A stretch of DNA of 64,000 nucleotides, taken from assembly GCF_964355755.1 (NCBI RefSeq), contig NC_092676.1, forward strand, positions 29,939,499 through 30,003,498, written 5' to 3'. The DNA comes from Antedon mediterranea (Eukaryota; Animalia; Echinodermata). This document shows, one piece after another, positions 11,112 through 21,960 of the stretch. The notes under the pieces were generated by a model that saw only the letters and a program-made list of their open reading frames with translations, searched no databases and was not told the origin of the DNA. The translations under genes were made by a program, and so were the position numbers. How positions within the stretch are numbered: the first letter of the stretch is position 1; every line of letters starts with the position of its first letter.

Positions 11112-12313
11112 CGAAAGCCCATTAATGCCATTTTAAGTATATGTTTTTCGAACGTAATCCGTTATAACGAATTAGTAATTCGTTTGAACGGATTAATAAT
11201 TCGTTTGAACGGATTAATAATCTGTTAATTACTAATTTGTTTAAACGGATTACTAATTTGTTCAAACGGATTACTAATCCGTTCAAACGAATTACTAATT
11301 TGTTTAAACGGATTACTAATTCGTTCAAACGAATTACTAATTTGTTTAAACGGATTACTAATTCGTTCAAACGAATTACTAATTTGTTTAAACGGATTAG
11401 TAATCCGTTCAAACGAATTACTAATTCATTCAAACGAATTAGTAATCCGTTTAAACGAATTAATAATTTGTTTAAACAAATTAATAATTTGTTTAAACGG
11501 ATTATTAATCTGTTTGAACAAATTAGTAATTCGTTTGAACGAATTAGTAATCCGTTTAAACAAATTATTAATTTGTTTAAACAAATTAATAATTTGTTCA
11601 AACGGATTACTAATTCGTTAGAACGAATTAGTAATTCGTTTGAACAAATTAGTAATCCGTTTAAACAAATTACTAATCCGTTTGTAACGGATTCCTAATT
11701 CGTTTTAACAGATTATTAATCTGTTTAAACAAATTAGTAATTCGTTTGAACAGATTAGTAATCCGTTCAAACGAATTACAACATATTCTTTAAATGGCAC
11801 TTGTTGTATATGTTGCAATTGGTTTGAACGGATTACTAATTCGTTTGAACAGATTACTAATCCGTTCAAACGAATTACTAATTCGTTCAAACAGATTAGT
11901 AATCCGTTTAAACAAATTATTAATTTGTTTAAACAAATTATTAATTTGTTTAAACGGATTACTAATTCGTTTGAACGAATTAGTAATCCGTTTAAACAAA
12001 TTAGTAATCCGTTTAAACAAATTAGTAATCCGTTTAAACAAATTAGTAATTCGTTTGAACGAATTAGTAATTCGTTTGAACAAATTAGTAATCCGTTTAA
12101 ACAAATTAGTAATTCGTTGGAACGGATTAGTAATCCGTTTAAACGAATTACAACATATACTTTAAATGGCACTTGTTGTATATGTTGCAATTCGTTTGAA
12201 CGGATTACTAATTCGTTTGAACAGATTATTAATCCGTTCAAACGAATTACTAATTCGTTATAACGGATTACGTTCGAAAAACATATACTTAAAATGGCAT
12301 TAATGGGCTTTCG
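11112..12313. mobile_element. Foldback-type DNA transposon: about 70-bp terminal inverted repeats (cgaaagcccattaatgccattttaagtatatgtttttcgaacgtaatccgttataacgaattagtaattcg) enclosing inverted arms of a 21-bp satellite (cgtttgaacggattaataatt family) plus small internal palindromes
   Basis: Left end 11112-11185 is the exact reverse complement of right end 12243-12313. The satellite reads FKRITN on the + strand in the left half and on the - strand in the right half. It is inserted into a SINE with a 6-7 bp target duplication (aaagac(t)). Confidence 0.8.
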
Positions 12314-12440
12314 TAAAAGACTTGTTATAAGACTTTGTTTATGTAGAGCATCTTATGTATATGTTTGTCTTGTGAACGGGATTGCTGCCTTTAAGGATAG
12401 TGAATGAATTCGCTTATGGTTATCCTTGGCAATTTGCCAA
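12314..12440 (+). mobile_element. tRNA-derived SINE copy, 3' part, after the foldback insertion
   Basis: aaagacttgtt...gtttatgtagagcatcttatgtatatgtttgtcttgtgaac...ggttatccttgg matches the 3' half of the solo SINE at 31190-31290. Confidence 0.7.
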
Positions 12441-12630
12441 AATATTCTTTACAATTGTCACCTCTACCATACAAATTATTTTTTGCTTTGTCGTCTTCAT
12501 GCTTCACTACACGCAACGAACCATCTATTTGATTGTTTGACCGACCCGGGTATACATTATTACATAACACAGTTATTTGCTCACAACAAAACCACGTTTT
12601 AAAGTTCCTGCTTAAATGTTATTTACTTAC

Positions 12631-12856
12631 CTTCTATATGTTTCCAATATTCCTTCCACTCTAGTTTCGGTTTTCTTGATGTAATCGGTTTTTTCTTAGG
12701 CCCAACTTTGTGTTTGCCGGCGATGGACAGTACTCCGCTTGCTGATGATGTACCTTCGCCATAAGATAAGCTCCCATTACTGCCAACATATACATAGCAG
12801 ATTATTAGAACACCAGTAATCAGAAATAAAGTTATCAATATTTTTTTGTTTGCCAT
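12631..12856 (-). CDS. UST: UST (uronyl 2-sulfotransferase) exon 1: type-II signal anchor MANKKILITLFLITGVLIICYVYVGSNGSL...EWKEYWKHIE
   Basis: ATG at 12856-12854 on the minus strand; N-terminal hydrophobic anchor typical of Golgi sulfotransferases; donor gtaagt (plus-strand acttac 12625-12630). Confidence 0.7.
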
Positions 12857-13565
12857 TTTAACTTAAAAGTCCGTCCATATAAATGTTAGATAATACTGGC
12901 CGACATGGAACTAGTTTTACAGTTTTATAAATGTTGACACGTCATAATATACAGCACAGGAAGACATGACACCCTTCTAAGCTGGTGCTCAAGCCGTGAT
13001 TTTAAGTACGCTCAAGTCTGGCCCTCGCTCGCTCGCTCACCAACAAAAGACTTCACAATTCCAACTTGTAACAGGTTGTGACTACAACGTCTTTCTACAT
13101 ATCGCCCTCTATAGTTTTGGACAAATCAAAGGCTGGAAGAAGCAGACGAACCTATTTAAATCACAGTTAATTAATCATAATTTAATCATGCAATTTTGTT
13201 TTGAATGATAACATATATTGAAGTATATATTTTTTAAACCAACATTTTAATTGTTATTGTATGAAAAAATATATGAAGAAAACCAATTTATCATGATATC
13301 AACAATATACATGATGACATTTTAACCAATTAATCATTGTTCTTTCAAAAATCTAAGTAATTACTTTGCAGTAATGAGAACGATTAGACTGCCCCTGGGG
13401 TTAAAATAAGCGTTATTTTGTCGAGATTTATAATTACTAATAATTACGTGGAGATGTCAACAAAGAGTTGAGTTGATTGACTAAAGGATGCTGGTGAATG
13501 ATATTCACTTTTATCTACGAAATCACTAAACAGAAGGTGTGTGGTGTTGACAGTCTTATCGGTAA

Positions 13566-13820
13566 AACGATTTATTCGATTTTACAAGTCAACCATTTGG
13601 ATTCTTGTCTTTAAAAAAGTAAATCCTATCCGGCGTGTTTTTCTCCATCTGAAAGATCGTCCATCAACTTGTCGTACCAAACAGTTCTTACGACGTCACA
13701 ATGCACAACGCTTCATCGATTTTACAAGTCAACTGTTTGAATTTTTGTGTTTAAAAAAGTAAATCGTATCCGGCGTGGTTTTCTCCATCTGCAAGGAGGA
13801 CCGTCCATCAACTTTTTTTG
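13566..13820. repeat. Direct tandem duplication of about 130 bp x 2 upstream of the GPCR gene
   Basis: caaccatttggattcttgtctttaaaaaagtaaatcctatccggcgtgtttttctccatctg... repeated with few changes. Confidence 0.8.
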
Positions 13821-13854
13821 TGGTACCATATTAATTTAATCTAACGGTTAGATT

Positions 13855-14775
13855 ATGAATGATTCAGTAGAAGAACAAGTAGACACAACGATGTTACTAG
13901 CGTCTAGATGGATTATATCCATAACTGGAATCGTCGCAAATTCTTTGGTCATCTTTGTATTTGTCTACAATAAATCATTTAAGAAGTCGCTTTCGTTAAA
14001 ATTACTTCTACATCAAACTGTGATTGATTTGATTGGATGTGTAATGTTTTTAATATTCTACAACTATGTTATTTATGCCGATAATGACAAGCCAACATTA
14101 TTATGCAAATTTCGTTCATTGTTTTGGTACATGACTGTGGCGTCTTCGTACAACTTGGTAGTCTTGACCGTCGAACGGTATATTGCTGTTATTCATCCGT
14201 TATTCTACCGAATGAAGTCATCAAGCGGGAATAAACTAATCATATACACTCTTCCTTTACTTATTCCACATATACCCGGTTTTCTGGCCGGAATTCGTAT
14301 ATTTGACATAATGGAGTATGATAACGGCGTATGCTATCTGAAAGATGAACACCCTATTTTTACAGGCGTTTATCAGCTTATCTTCAATGCACTTTTTCCT
14401 ATTAGCGTTATGTCCTATTGTTACGGCTGTATTCTGTGGAAGTTAAGCCAACGGTCTATAGTAGGAAGTTCTACTCCTCAACAGCCGGGCGCGCCAGGTT
14501 CCAACCTTAATGCGCATGCGCCGTGTTTTAAAACAAACCTGATATTAACACTCATGCAGTCGTCTGTCGTTTTTCTGGTAACAATCACGCCGAATTGTGT
14601 CTTTATTTTTGTGTATTGTCTGTGCACGTGTTTCGAGTATAACTCTGTTTTGCATAGAGTAACAGAATTATTAATAGCGTCTAATTTAACCATTAATCCG
14701 TTTATATATTGTATAACTTTAAAAGAATTTCAGCGCGGTATTTTGAAAATTAGAAATGCCGTCGTGAATTTGTAG
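13855..14775 (+). CDS. Intronless orphan rhodopsin-like (class A) GPCR, 306 aa
   Basis: Single 921-nt ORF with seven hydrophobic segments, E/DRY-type motif TVERYIAVIHP after TM3 and NPFIY in TM7. Confidence 0.75.
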   Translation: MNDSVEEQVDTTMLLASRWIISITGIVANSLVIFVFVYNKSFKKSLSLKLLLHQTVIDLIGCVMFLIFYNYVIYADNDKPTLLCKFRSLFWYMTVASSYNLVVLTVERYIAVIHPLFYRMKSSSGNKLIIYTLPLLIPHIPGFLAGIRIFDIMEYDNGVCYLKDEHPIFTGVYQLIFNALFPISVMSYCYGCILWKLSQRSIVGSSTPQQPGAPGSNLNAHAPCFKTNLILTLMQSSVVFLVTITPNCVFIFVYCLCTCFEYNSVLHRVTELLIASNLTINPFIYCITLKEFQRGILKIRNAVVNL

Positions 14776-15414
14776 TGTGTGTGTACCCCAAACATGGTTT
14801 ATTCATCTGAATTGGGTGTTTTGTAGTGGTATTACACTATTTTCTTGTTCATAGGCCTATTTTCATTATTTATTCGTAACAAAACAACTGAAATTGAGGA
14901 GACCAGGGTCAACCTAGAACTTAATCACTGTAGCTGAGCCGGTTGACCTATGCAACTGAACAAACCAATTGGAATTATTTAAAAAATGGCCTATAAAAAT
15001 GATTTTTTTTATAGATATTCAGTCTGTTTGTTAAAAATACATTTCTAAGAACATTGTGTTTATGGATGATTTTAATTAGAATGTTTAATTAAGATTGCAG
15101 TTTATGGCAAACAATCATCTTTATCTGATAAGTATTATTATCCGCGCACCCACGGACGAGACTCTGGATTTATTATCTGGATTATTAATAGACTGATGTT
15201 CAATAAGCATGGAGGTATAAAATTAGAAAATCTAATTTTATACCTCTATGGTAAAAGGAAGGAAATAAATGATGATGTTCGAAACTGTAGAGATTTGTTT
15301 TAATTTTTGTTTCACCCAAATAAATGTAAAATGGCGGGAAAAAGTGCTCAAGAAGTCATATTAGATTTGATCGCATAGTGTTGAGTCAATGGATATTACT
15401 ACCGTTATAATAAA

Positions 15415-15560
15415 CGCCGGTGTAAGATTTAAATGTGTCCGGTGTTTGAAAGTGTCCACTGGACAATTTTCAGCATTGAATAGTGTAATACCAGCTGTTG
15501 AAAATGGCTGCAACCACCCGGGCAGCTTTCATCGATAAAAAAGTAGGGACATCGACATCA
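15415..15560. repeat. Left copy of an inverted-repeat pair; its partner is at 21780-21960
   Basis: ccggtgtaagatttaaatgtgtccggtgtttgaaagtgtccactggacaattttcagcattgaatagtg is the reverse complement of 21882-21960. Confidence 0.7.
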
Positions 15561-16439
15561 TATTAACCCCGTAAAAACTAGGGCACTGGAAGGTCACCAA
15601 CTCCCGTTAGGGTAATTATAATTCCTTAGAATACCAACTTGAATCGCAAAATATCAAGTCGATTGAAATAAATATTACTATTATTATATCTGGAGACATA
15701 TAGTCTAATCAAATTAAATTGTTTGTTTTTGATTGAGTATATACAACCTGTTGTCAATTTGAAGTAAATCTGATAACTTGAAAAAATATATAGCCTACCG
15801 GTACTGTATTATTATTTCTAGGGAATGAATATCACTAAATCATATAGGCATAGGGCCTACCTATTTTCGTTCTCTCGAAATATTATTTCATTGGAATTCG
15901 AATTACTAATTCGCGAGAGAACGAAATAATTTCCCTCGAAATTATTTCGTTCTCTCGATCATTCCTTGTCTCGAAGTAGTAATTCATTTTTTATATTGTT
16001 CAGTTCTTGAAATCTTATTTTGTTCTCCCTAAATATATTTGTTCCCTCAAAATATTTTTCAGTTCTCAAAATATTATTTTGTAATATTCATAATACTGTT
16101 ACTAATTTAATAATATTAACTGATAACAAAAGTGCTTTAAACAAGTAAGTTCGTCATTGTTAAAGTGAGTTCTTTTTCATTATATTTTTTTTCACAGATG
16201 CCTGATTTTTGGTTTTATTTAATAAAACATTGAATTGGTTAGTCACAATATTTTTTTGTTTCGAGATTTTACATTATTTATTTATTTATCTAAAATACAT
16301 TTGAAAAATATTGTTGATGCATATTACCAAAAAATATTTATTTTTTTATATTTTATATGGCAAAATAAACACCTTAATTGCGCATCATAATTATTCGTTC
16401 ACTCAAGGGTATTTCGGTTTTTTGTATTTTTCGAATAAT

Positions 16440-16760
16440 CTCTAAAAAAAAAACGTCCACCTCTCCTAAGGGACCACTTCTCATAAACGACCACCTTTCG
16501 CAAATTACCACCTCTATTGAGGTGGTCACTTACGGGAGGTGTAGTCGGTAAAAGAAGTGGTCGTCTACGAGCGGTGGTAGTTTATGAAAGCAGTCCGTTA
16601 TGAGAGGTGGTTACCCCTTCAGGAGGTTGTCCATTGTGAGAAGCGGTCCTTTAACAGAGGTAGTCCCTTTTAAATATTAAAGGTGGTCGCTAACAAGGGT
16701 GGTTGCTTACGATCAGAGTGCTAAGTTTTGAAAGCCGATCACTTACGAGAGGTGGATAGA
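16440..16760. repeat. Degenerate 11-22-bp minisatellite whose polarity switches (gaccacc/accacct on the left, gaggtggtc on the right), a small foldback-like palindrome
   Basis: cgtccacctctc, ggaccacttctc, cgaccacctttcg .. then gaggtggtcac, gaagtggtcgtc, gaggtggttac .. Confidence 0.6.
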
Positions 16761-17189
16761 CTGACGGCAAGTAGAGAAATACATTTGCACATGATTTAGA
16801 CATTTAGGTTTGTAAAATATATAATATTTTATTAGCTGGCGATATTAACTACATTAGCTGTGAGGCAATTTTCGTTACTACATTACCTGTTGAGTTGTAC
16901 ATGAGTATAATGTTGATTTTTATTTGATAAATAAGCTGTTGGTGTTTCTACATCATTAGCTAGTTCTAGGTTTTATTATATGGGTGGATTTGACTTTTCT
17001 ACACTAGCAGTTTTGAACAGAGCCTACTGTGTTTAAATGGAATGCTACAAGTTGTATTATTTTTTTTTATTTATCGTTTTGTGTACTAAAGTGGCAGCAT
17101 AATCAGTATTTATTTTTACCAGATGTCCAACAAGGGTAATGTCCCAATTGGTAATTGCCACAATTGTCAGGTCAACCTCAAAACAGCGG

Positions 17190-18472
17190 CTCTCGGGACG
17201 CGATTTTTTTTTCCGTACGAGAGTTCCTCCATCGGTGAGTCGGGTTGGTGAACATCAGTCCAAAATACGCAGAATTTTTTCCAAAATACGTCAAGTTGAG
17301 GGCGCTATACTAATCCAAAATACGCGAGTCTTTCCAAAATACGTCAACTTGAGGGCGCTATTCATTTTCCAAAATACGCAAATTGTCCAAAATACGTCAA
17401 ATTGAGGGCGCTATTCATTTCCAAAATACGCGATTTGTCCAAAATACGTCAATTTGCAATTTGGGACCGCTAGTAATTTTCCAAAATACGTCAACTTGAG
17501 GGCGGCAAACTTTTTTCCAAAATACGAGAGCCTTTCCAAATGTATCATATTGAAAGTGTAAGGTAGAATTACAGTTTAATGTATTAAAAAAAAGTTTCTT
17601 AGAGTAAAAAACAAACAAGTACATTTTAGTTATAAATGAAAGTATTGGAAGGCAGAATTTTTTGTAAATAAAATGTCATAGAGTAGCCAATTATTATTTT
17701 TCAATGTAATCATTTATTACTGAATAAAAACAAATATGTGCCAACATCAGTCAATAGACAGTGCCTATAATATACATTAATAATGTCTGAACGATGTACG
17801 ATTGCATTGCCAGACGTAGCTAGTTTAAATGAGGCATAAACCGGCTACAAAAGCAGCATGTACGTATAGTATTTAAGCATAGTCATGGGCATGTGTTATA
17901 TATTTGGTGATCTACAAAATCGATATTTTTCCCGAGCTCGACAGACCAACATCGCTTTCAATTTAATGTACAGTACTTATGGTCAAATAAGTTACCTAAT
18001 CTGAAATCTAACATAATAGTTATTTCATATAATATATAATAATAATAAAAAGCATATGGTATTGTAATTAAAATAATATCAATAATTGGTTAGAAGAAGT
18101 AAAGTAATTATTTAAATCGCGTATTTTGGAAAATGAATAGCGCTCTCAAGTTGACGTATTTTGGAAAATTACAAGCGGTTCCAAATTGACGTATTTTGGA
18201 CAAATCGCGTATTTTGGAAAATGACTAGCGCCCTCAACTTTACGTATTTTGGACAATTCGCGTATTTTGGAAAATGAATAGCGCCCTCAAGTCGACGTAT
18301 TTTGGAAAGACTCGCGTATTTTGGATTAGTATAGCGCCCTCAACTTTACGTATTTTGGAAAAAATTCTGCGTATTTTGGACTGAATTTCACCAACCCTAT
18401 TGCCATCGGTTCGTTTCGGACTCAATCGACTCTCTTCGGTATTCGGTAAAGTCAGCTCACTGATGCGTGACA
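17190..18472. mobile_element. Foldback-type element: two inverted arms of a 45-bp satellite (ccaaaatacgtcaacttgagggcgctattcattttccaaaatacgc) at 17245-17560 (+) and 18117-18390 (-) around a 550-bp spacer, inserted into a copy of an A-B repeat with target duplication ccatcgg(t)
   Basis: The host sequence A-ccatcgg-B is intact, inverted, at 19840-19945. Here A (17190-17245) and B (18392-18472) are separated by the element, flanked by ccatcgg on both sides; element ends are gagtcgggttggtgaa / ttcaccaaccctattg. Confidence 0.7.
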
Positions 18473-19839
18473 ATATAATACAATTTACATTTACAAACCG
18501 CGAGCTAATACTTTCACACAGGCTCTCTAATAGTAAAATGAATCTACACTAATACGAGTTTTGATGACATTAATTAATAAATACTAGGCCTACTTAGTAA
18601 TTACATTAAGAACCCAATAGCATATTGAAGATATTTAGGTCTACGACCCAATAATAGGTCGTATCAGATATTATTTGTTGAAGTTGAACGACCTTTTGTC
18701 ACGAACGAAAGGCTCTTTTCTTATCGTTTATGGTATTGTAGCTAGCCCATGGCTAGCCTAGCCAAGCTTGTGTAAGCCTATGCAAGGTATTACTTTTGAA
18801 TTTAAAATGATTATGTACAGTAGGAATTCCTATGCACAGTGTATGTTTTTTATACCTTTTAAAATAATATTATTAAATTAATATTTATATTGTAAGGTAA
18901 TGGAAATTTTACGTTAAAGGTGTACGTATTAATTATCCCCAATCTTGAAAAATAAAGATTTCAGACTTTTAATATAGGCAATTTTGGAGTTTTAATTAAG
19001 TTATAGGCCTACAACTAATATTATTGTTTATTATGTGTATATGTAATTTGGAAAATCATAAAAAATACATGCAAAGTAAAAAACATTCAATTACGGTACT
19101 GACACGACTGCAATAGTACAAATACATTTAATAATACTGCAACACATTTTCCAGGAAGCTTTAATAATTATATGTGATACTATCATCTTGTCATGAAGAT
19201 CGGTTTCTGTATTCCATATTCTTGATTTTATTTTTTTTATTATGGTTTCTGAAATAAATTTTTAAAAAAAATTGTTCATTTTAATTCAAAATTTCCACCG
19301 GCCAAGATATCAATAATTATAAATTAACACAATATTAAACGCTTTATAAGCAAGCATGTGTTTTTCTATACATTACAACTTACAAGAATACAATTACTAC
19401 TAGGCCTATATGTATACAATTTTTCAAATGTTACACTTAAAAACCTGAAGAAAATTGTAATTTTCTTGATAAAAACATCTGTATTTCTAACCTACTACTT
19501 CATTTTATTAAAATAAAAAATAGTACTGTAGATGGAAATGTACTACATTGAAGCACACGCACGTAGGGCTAGTTAGGCTAGCTAGGCCTTGCTTGTGACG
19601 ACCAACAAAGTGCTGCTGCTGTGTGTGTGTTACTGTTTGTGAATCTGATGGTACATACATTGGTTTGTGGCTGCCTATACAGTATTATATTATTAAAATT
19701 CTAGGCCTATTATTATTATTACAATGACGTTCAGTACTACTACTAATATTTATTATTATATATACAGTGAGTATAGTATTAGGCCTAAATTATGTATAAA
19801 TCTGTCACTCGTGCAAAAAAACTGCTCACGTTTTGTCTT

Positions 19840-19945
19840 GTCACGCATCAGTGAGCATCGGTGACTTACCGAAGAGTCGATTGAGTCCGAAACGAACCGA
19901 TGGAGGAACTCTCGTACGGAAAAAAAAATCGCTCTCGGGACCGGG
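19840..19945. repeat. Intact inverted copy of the A-B repeat that hosts the 17190-18472 foldback
   Basis: ttgtcacgcatcagtgagc..gagtcgattgagtccgaaacgaaccgatggaggaactctcgtacggaaaaaaaaatcgctctcgggacc is the reverse complement of A+B. Confidence 0.7.
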
Positions 19946-20039
19946 AGAGTTGTATGATTTGTTTTTATTATTTTTTTTTTTAATGCGCCTTGAGCACTCT
20001 GTGGTATGTGTGCTATAAAAATCCTGTTATTATTATTTG

Positions 20040-21640
20040 TTATTCTTACAGTAAAGTGATCTTTAATTGGAAGAGGACCAGTACAATTACTTGTTTTTAA
20101 TCACATGATTATAAACTATTTATTCCTCTTGTCTGTGCTCGTACAAAATAATAAAACGGTCGCTAATTGGAAGTGTATTAAAGTAAAGTGATCTTTAATT
20201 GGAAGAGGACCAGTACAATTACTTGTTTTTTATCACATGATTATAAACTATTTATTCCTCTTGTCTGTACTCATACAAAATAATAAAACGGTCGCTAAAT
20301 GGAAGTGTTTAAATTGAAGTGATCTTTAATTGGAAGAGGACCAGTACAATTACTTGTTTTTTATCACATGATTATAAACTATTTATTCCTCTTGTCTGTA
20401 CTCATACAAAATAATAAAACGGTCGCTAAATGGAAGTGTTTAAATTGAAGTGATCTTTAATTGGAAGAGGACCAGTACAATTACTTGTTTTTTATCACAT
20501 GATTATAAACTATTTCTTCTTCTTGTCTTTATTCATACAAAATAATATAACGGTCGCTAATTAGAGGTGTCTTAAAGTAAAGTGACCTTTAATTGGAAGC
20601 GGACCAGTACATTTACTTAATTTTGTCACATAATTAAACTATTAATTATTCTTGCCTTTACTCATACCAATTGATAAAAATGGTCACTAATTAGAGGTGT
20701 CTTAAAGTAAAGTGATCTTTAATTGGAAGCGGACCAGTCAGTACAGTTACTTAATTTTGTCACATAATTAAAACTATTAATTATTATTGTCTTTACTCAT
20801 ACCAATTAATAAAATGGTCGCTAATTGGAGGTGTTTTAAGTAAAGTGGTCCTTTATTGAAAGAGGGCCAGTACAATTACTTGTTTTTGTCACATAATTAA
20901 TAACTATATATTCTTCTTGCTTTATTAATACTAAATAATATAATGGTCGCTAATTGGAGGTTTCTTTAAGTAAAGTGATCTATAACTGGAAGAGGACTAG
21001 TACAGTTACTTAATTTTGTCACTATCATAATTAAAACTATGTATTCTTCTTGTATTTACTTCTACCAATTAATAAAAATGGTCGCTAATTAGAGGTGTCT
21101 TAAAGTAAAGTGACCTTTAATTGGAAGCGGACCAGTACATTTACTTAATTTTGTCACATAATTAAACTATTAATTAATCTTGCCTTTACTCATACCAATT
21201 AATAAAAATGGTCATTAATTTGAGGTGTCTTAAAGTAAAGTGATCTTTAATTGGAAGCGGACCAGTCAGTACAGTTACTTAATTTTGTCACATAATTAAA
21301 ACTATTAATTATTATTGTCTTTACTCATACCAATTAATAAAATGGTCGCTAATTGGAGGTGTTTTAAGTAAAGTGGTCCTTTATTGAAAGAGGTCCAGTA
21401 CAATTACTTGTTTTTTGTCACATAATTAAAAACTATATATTCTTCTTGCTTTATTAATACTAAATAATATAATGGTCGCTAATTGGAGGTGTTTTAGGTA
21501 AAGTGATTTTTAATTGGAAGAGGAACACTTCATTTACTTGTTTTTGTCACATACTTAACAATTATTTATTCTTCTTGTCTTTTCACATACCATATAATAT
21601 AATGGTCCCTAATTGGAGGTGTTTAGGCAAAGCGATCTTT
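20040..21640. repeat. Satellite array, about 121-bp unit x about 13 (..aagtgatctttaattggaagaggaccagtacaattacttgttttttatcacatgattataaactatttattcctcttgtctgtactcatacaaaataataaaacggtcgctaaatggaagtgtt..) with higher-order variants
   Basis: Direct repeats visible across 1.6 kb. Confidence 0.9.
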
Positions 21641-21779
21641 AATTAGAAAAAAAAAATTGTTTGGCATCATTAAGTATTATTGGTTATTAAAAGAAGACAA
21701 GACAAGTGCAGGCGTGATAAAAACAACCACCTATCATAAAACGTATGATACAGTATTTAATAGTGGACGCATTTCAATC

Positions 21780-21960
21780 CATGGGTCATACATTATTAAA
21801 CGGGCCGGACAGCATTAAATTGTTGAAAAACGCCCACGAACCCGTTGAAACATGCAACTGGACACTATCCAATGCTGAAAAGTGTCCACCCGGACACTTT
21901 TGAATGCTGGACACAATTCAATCTTACACCGGCCGCGCTTTGAATTATCCCCCCCCCCCC
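21780..21960. repeat. Right copy of the inverted-repeat pair; its partner is at 15415-15560
   Basis: Reverse complement of 15415-15560, with about 80 bp of near-identity plus a further diverged extension. Confidence 0.7.

Noticed and set aside
11122-12263. Six-frame ORFs of 104-178 aa on both strands (periodic FKRITNLFKRITN / LNGLLIRLNEL)
   Set aside because: They are translations of a 21-bp tandem repeat (63 nt = 3 units keeps any frame open) inside the foldback element; no start/stop context and extreme periodicity.
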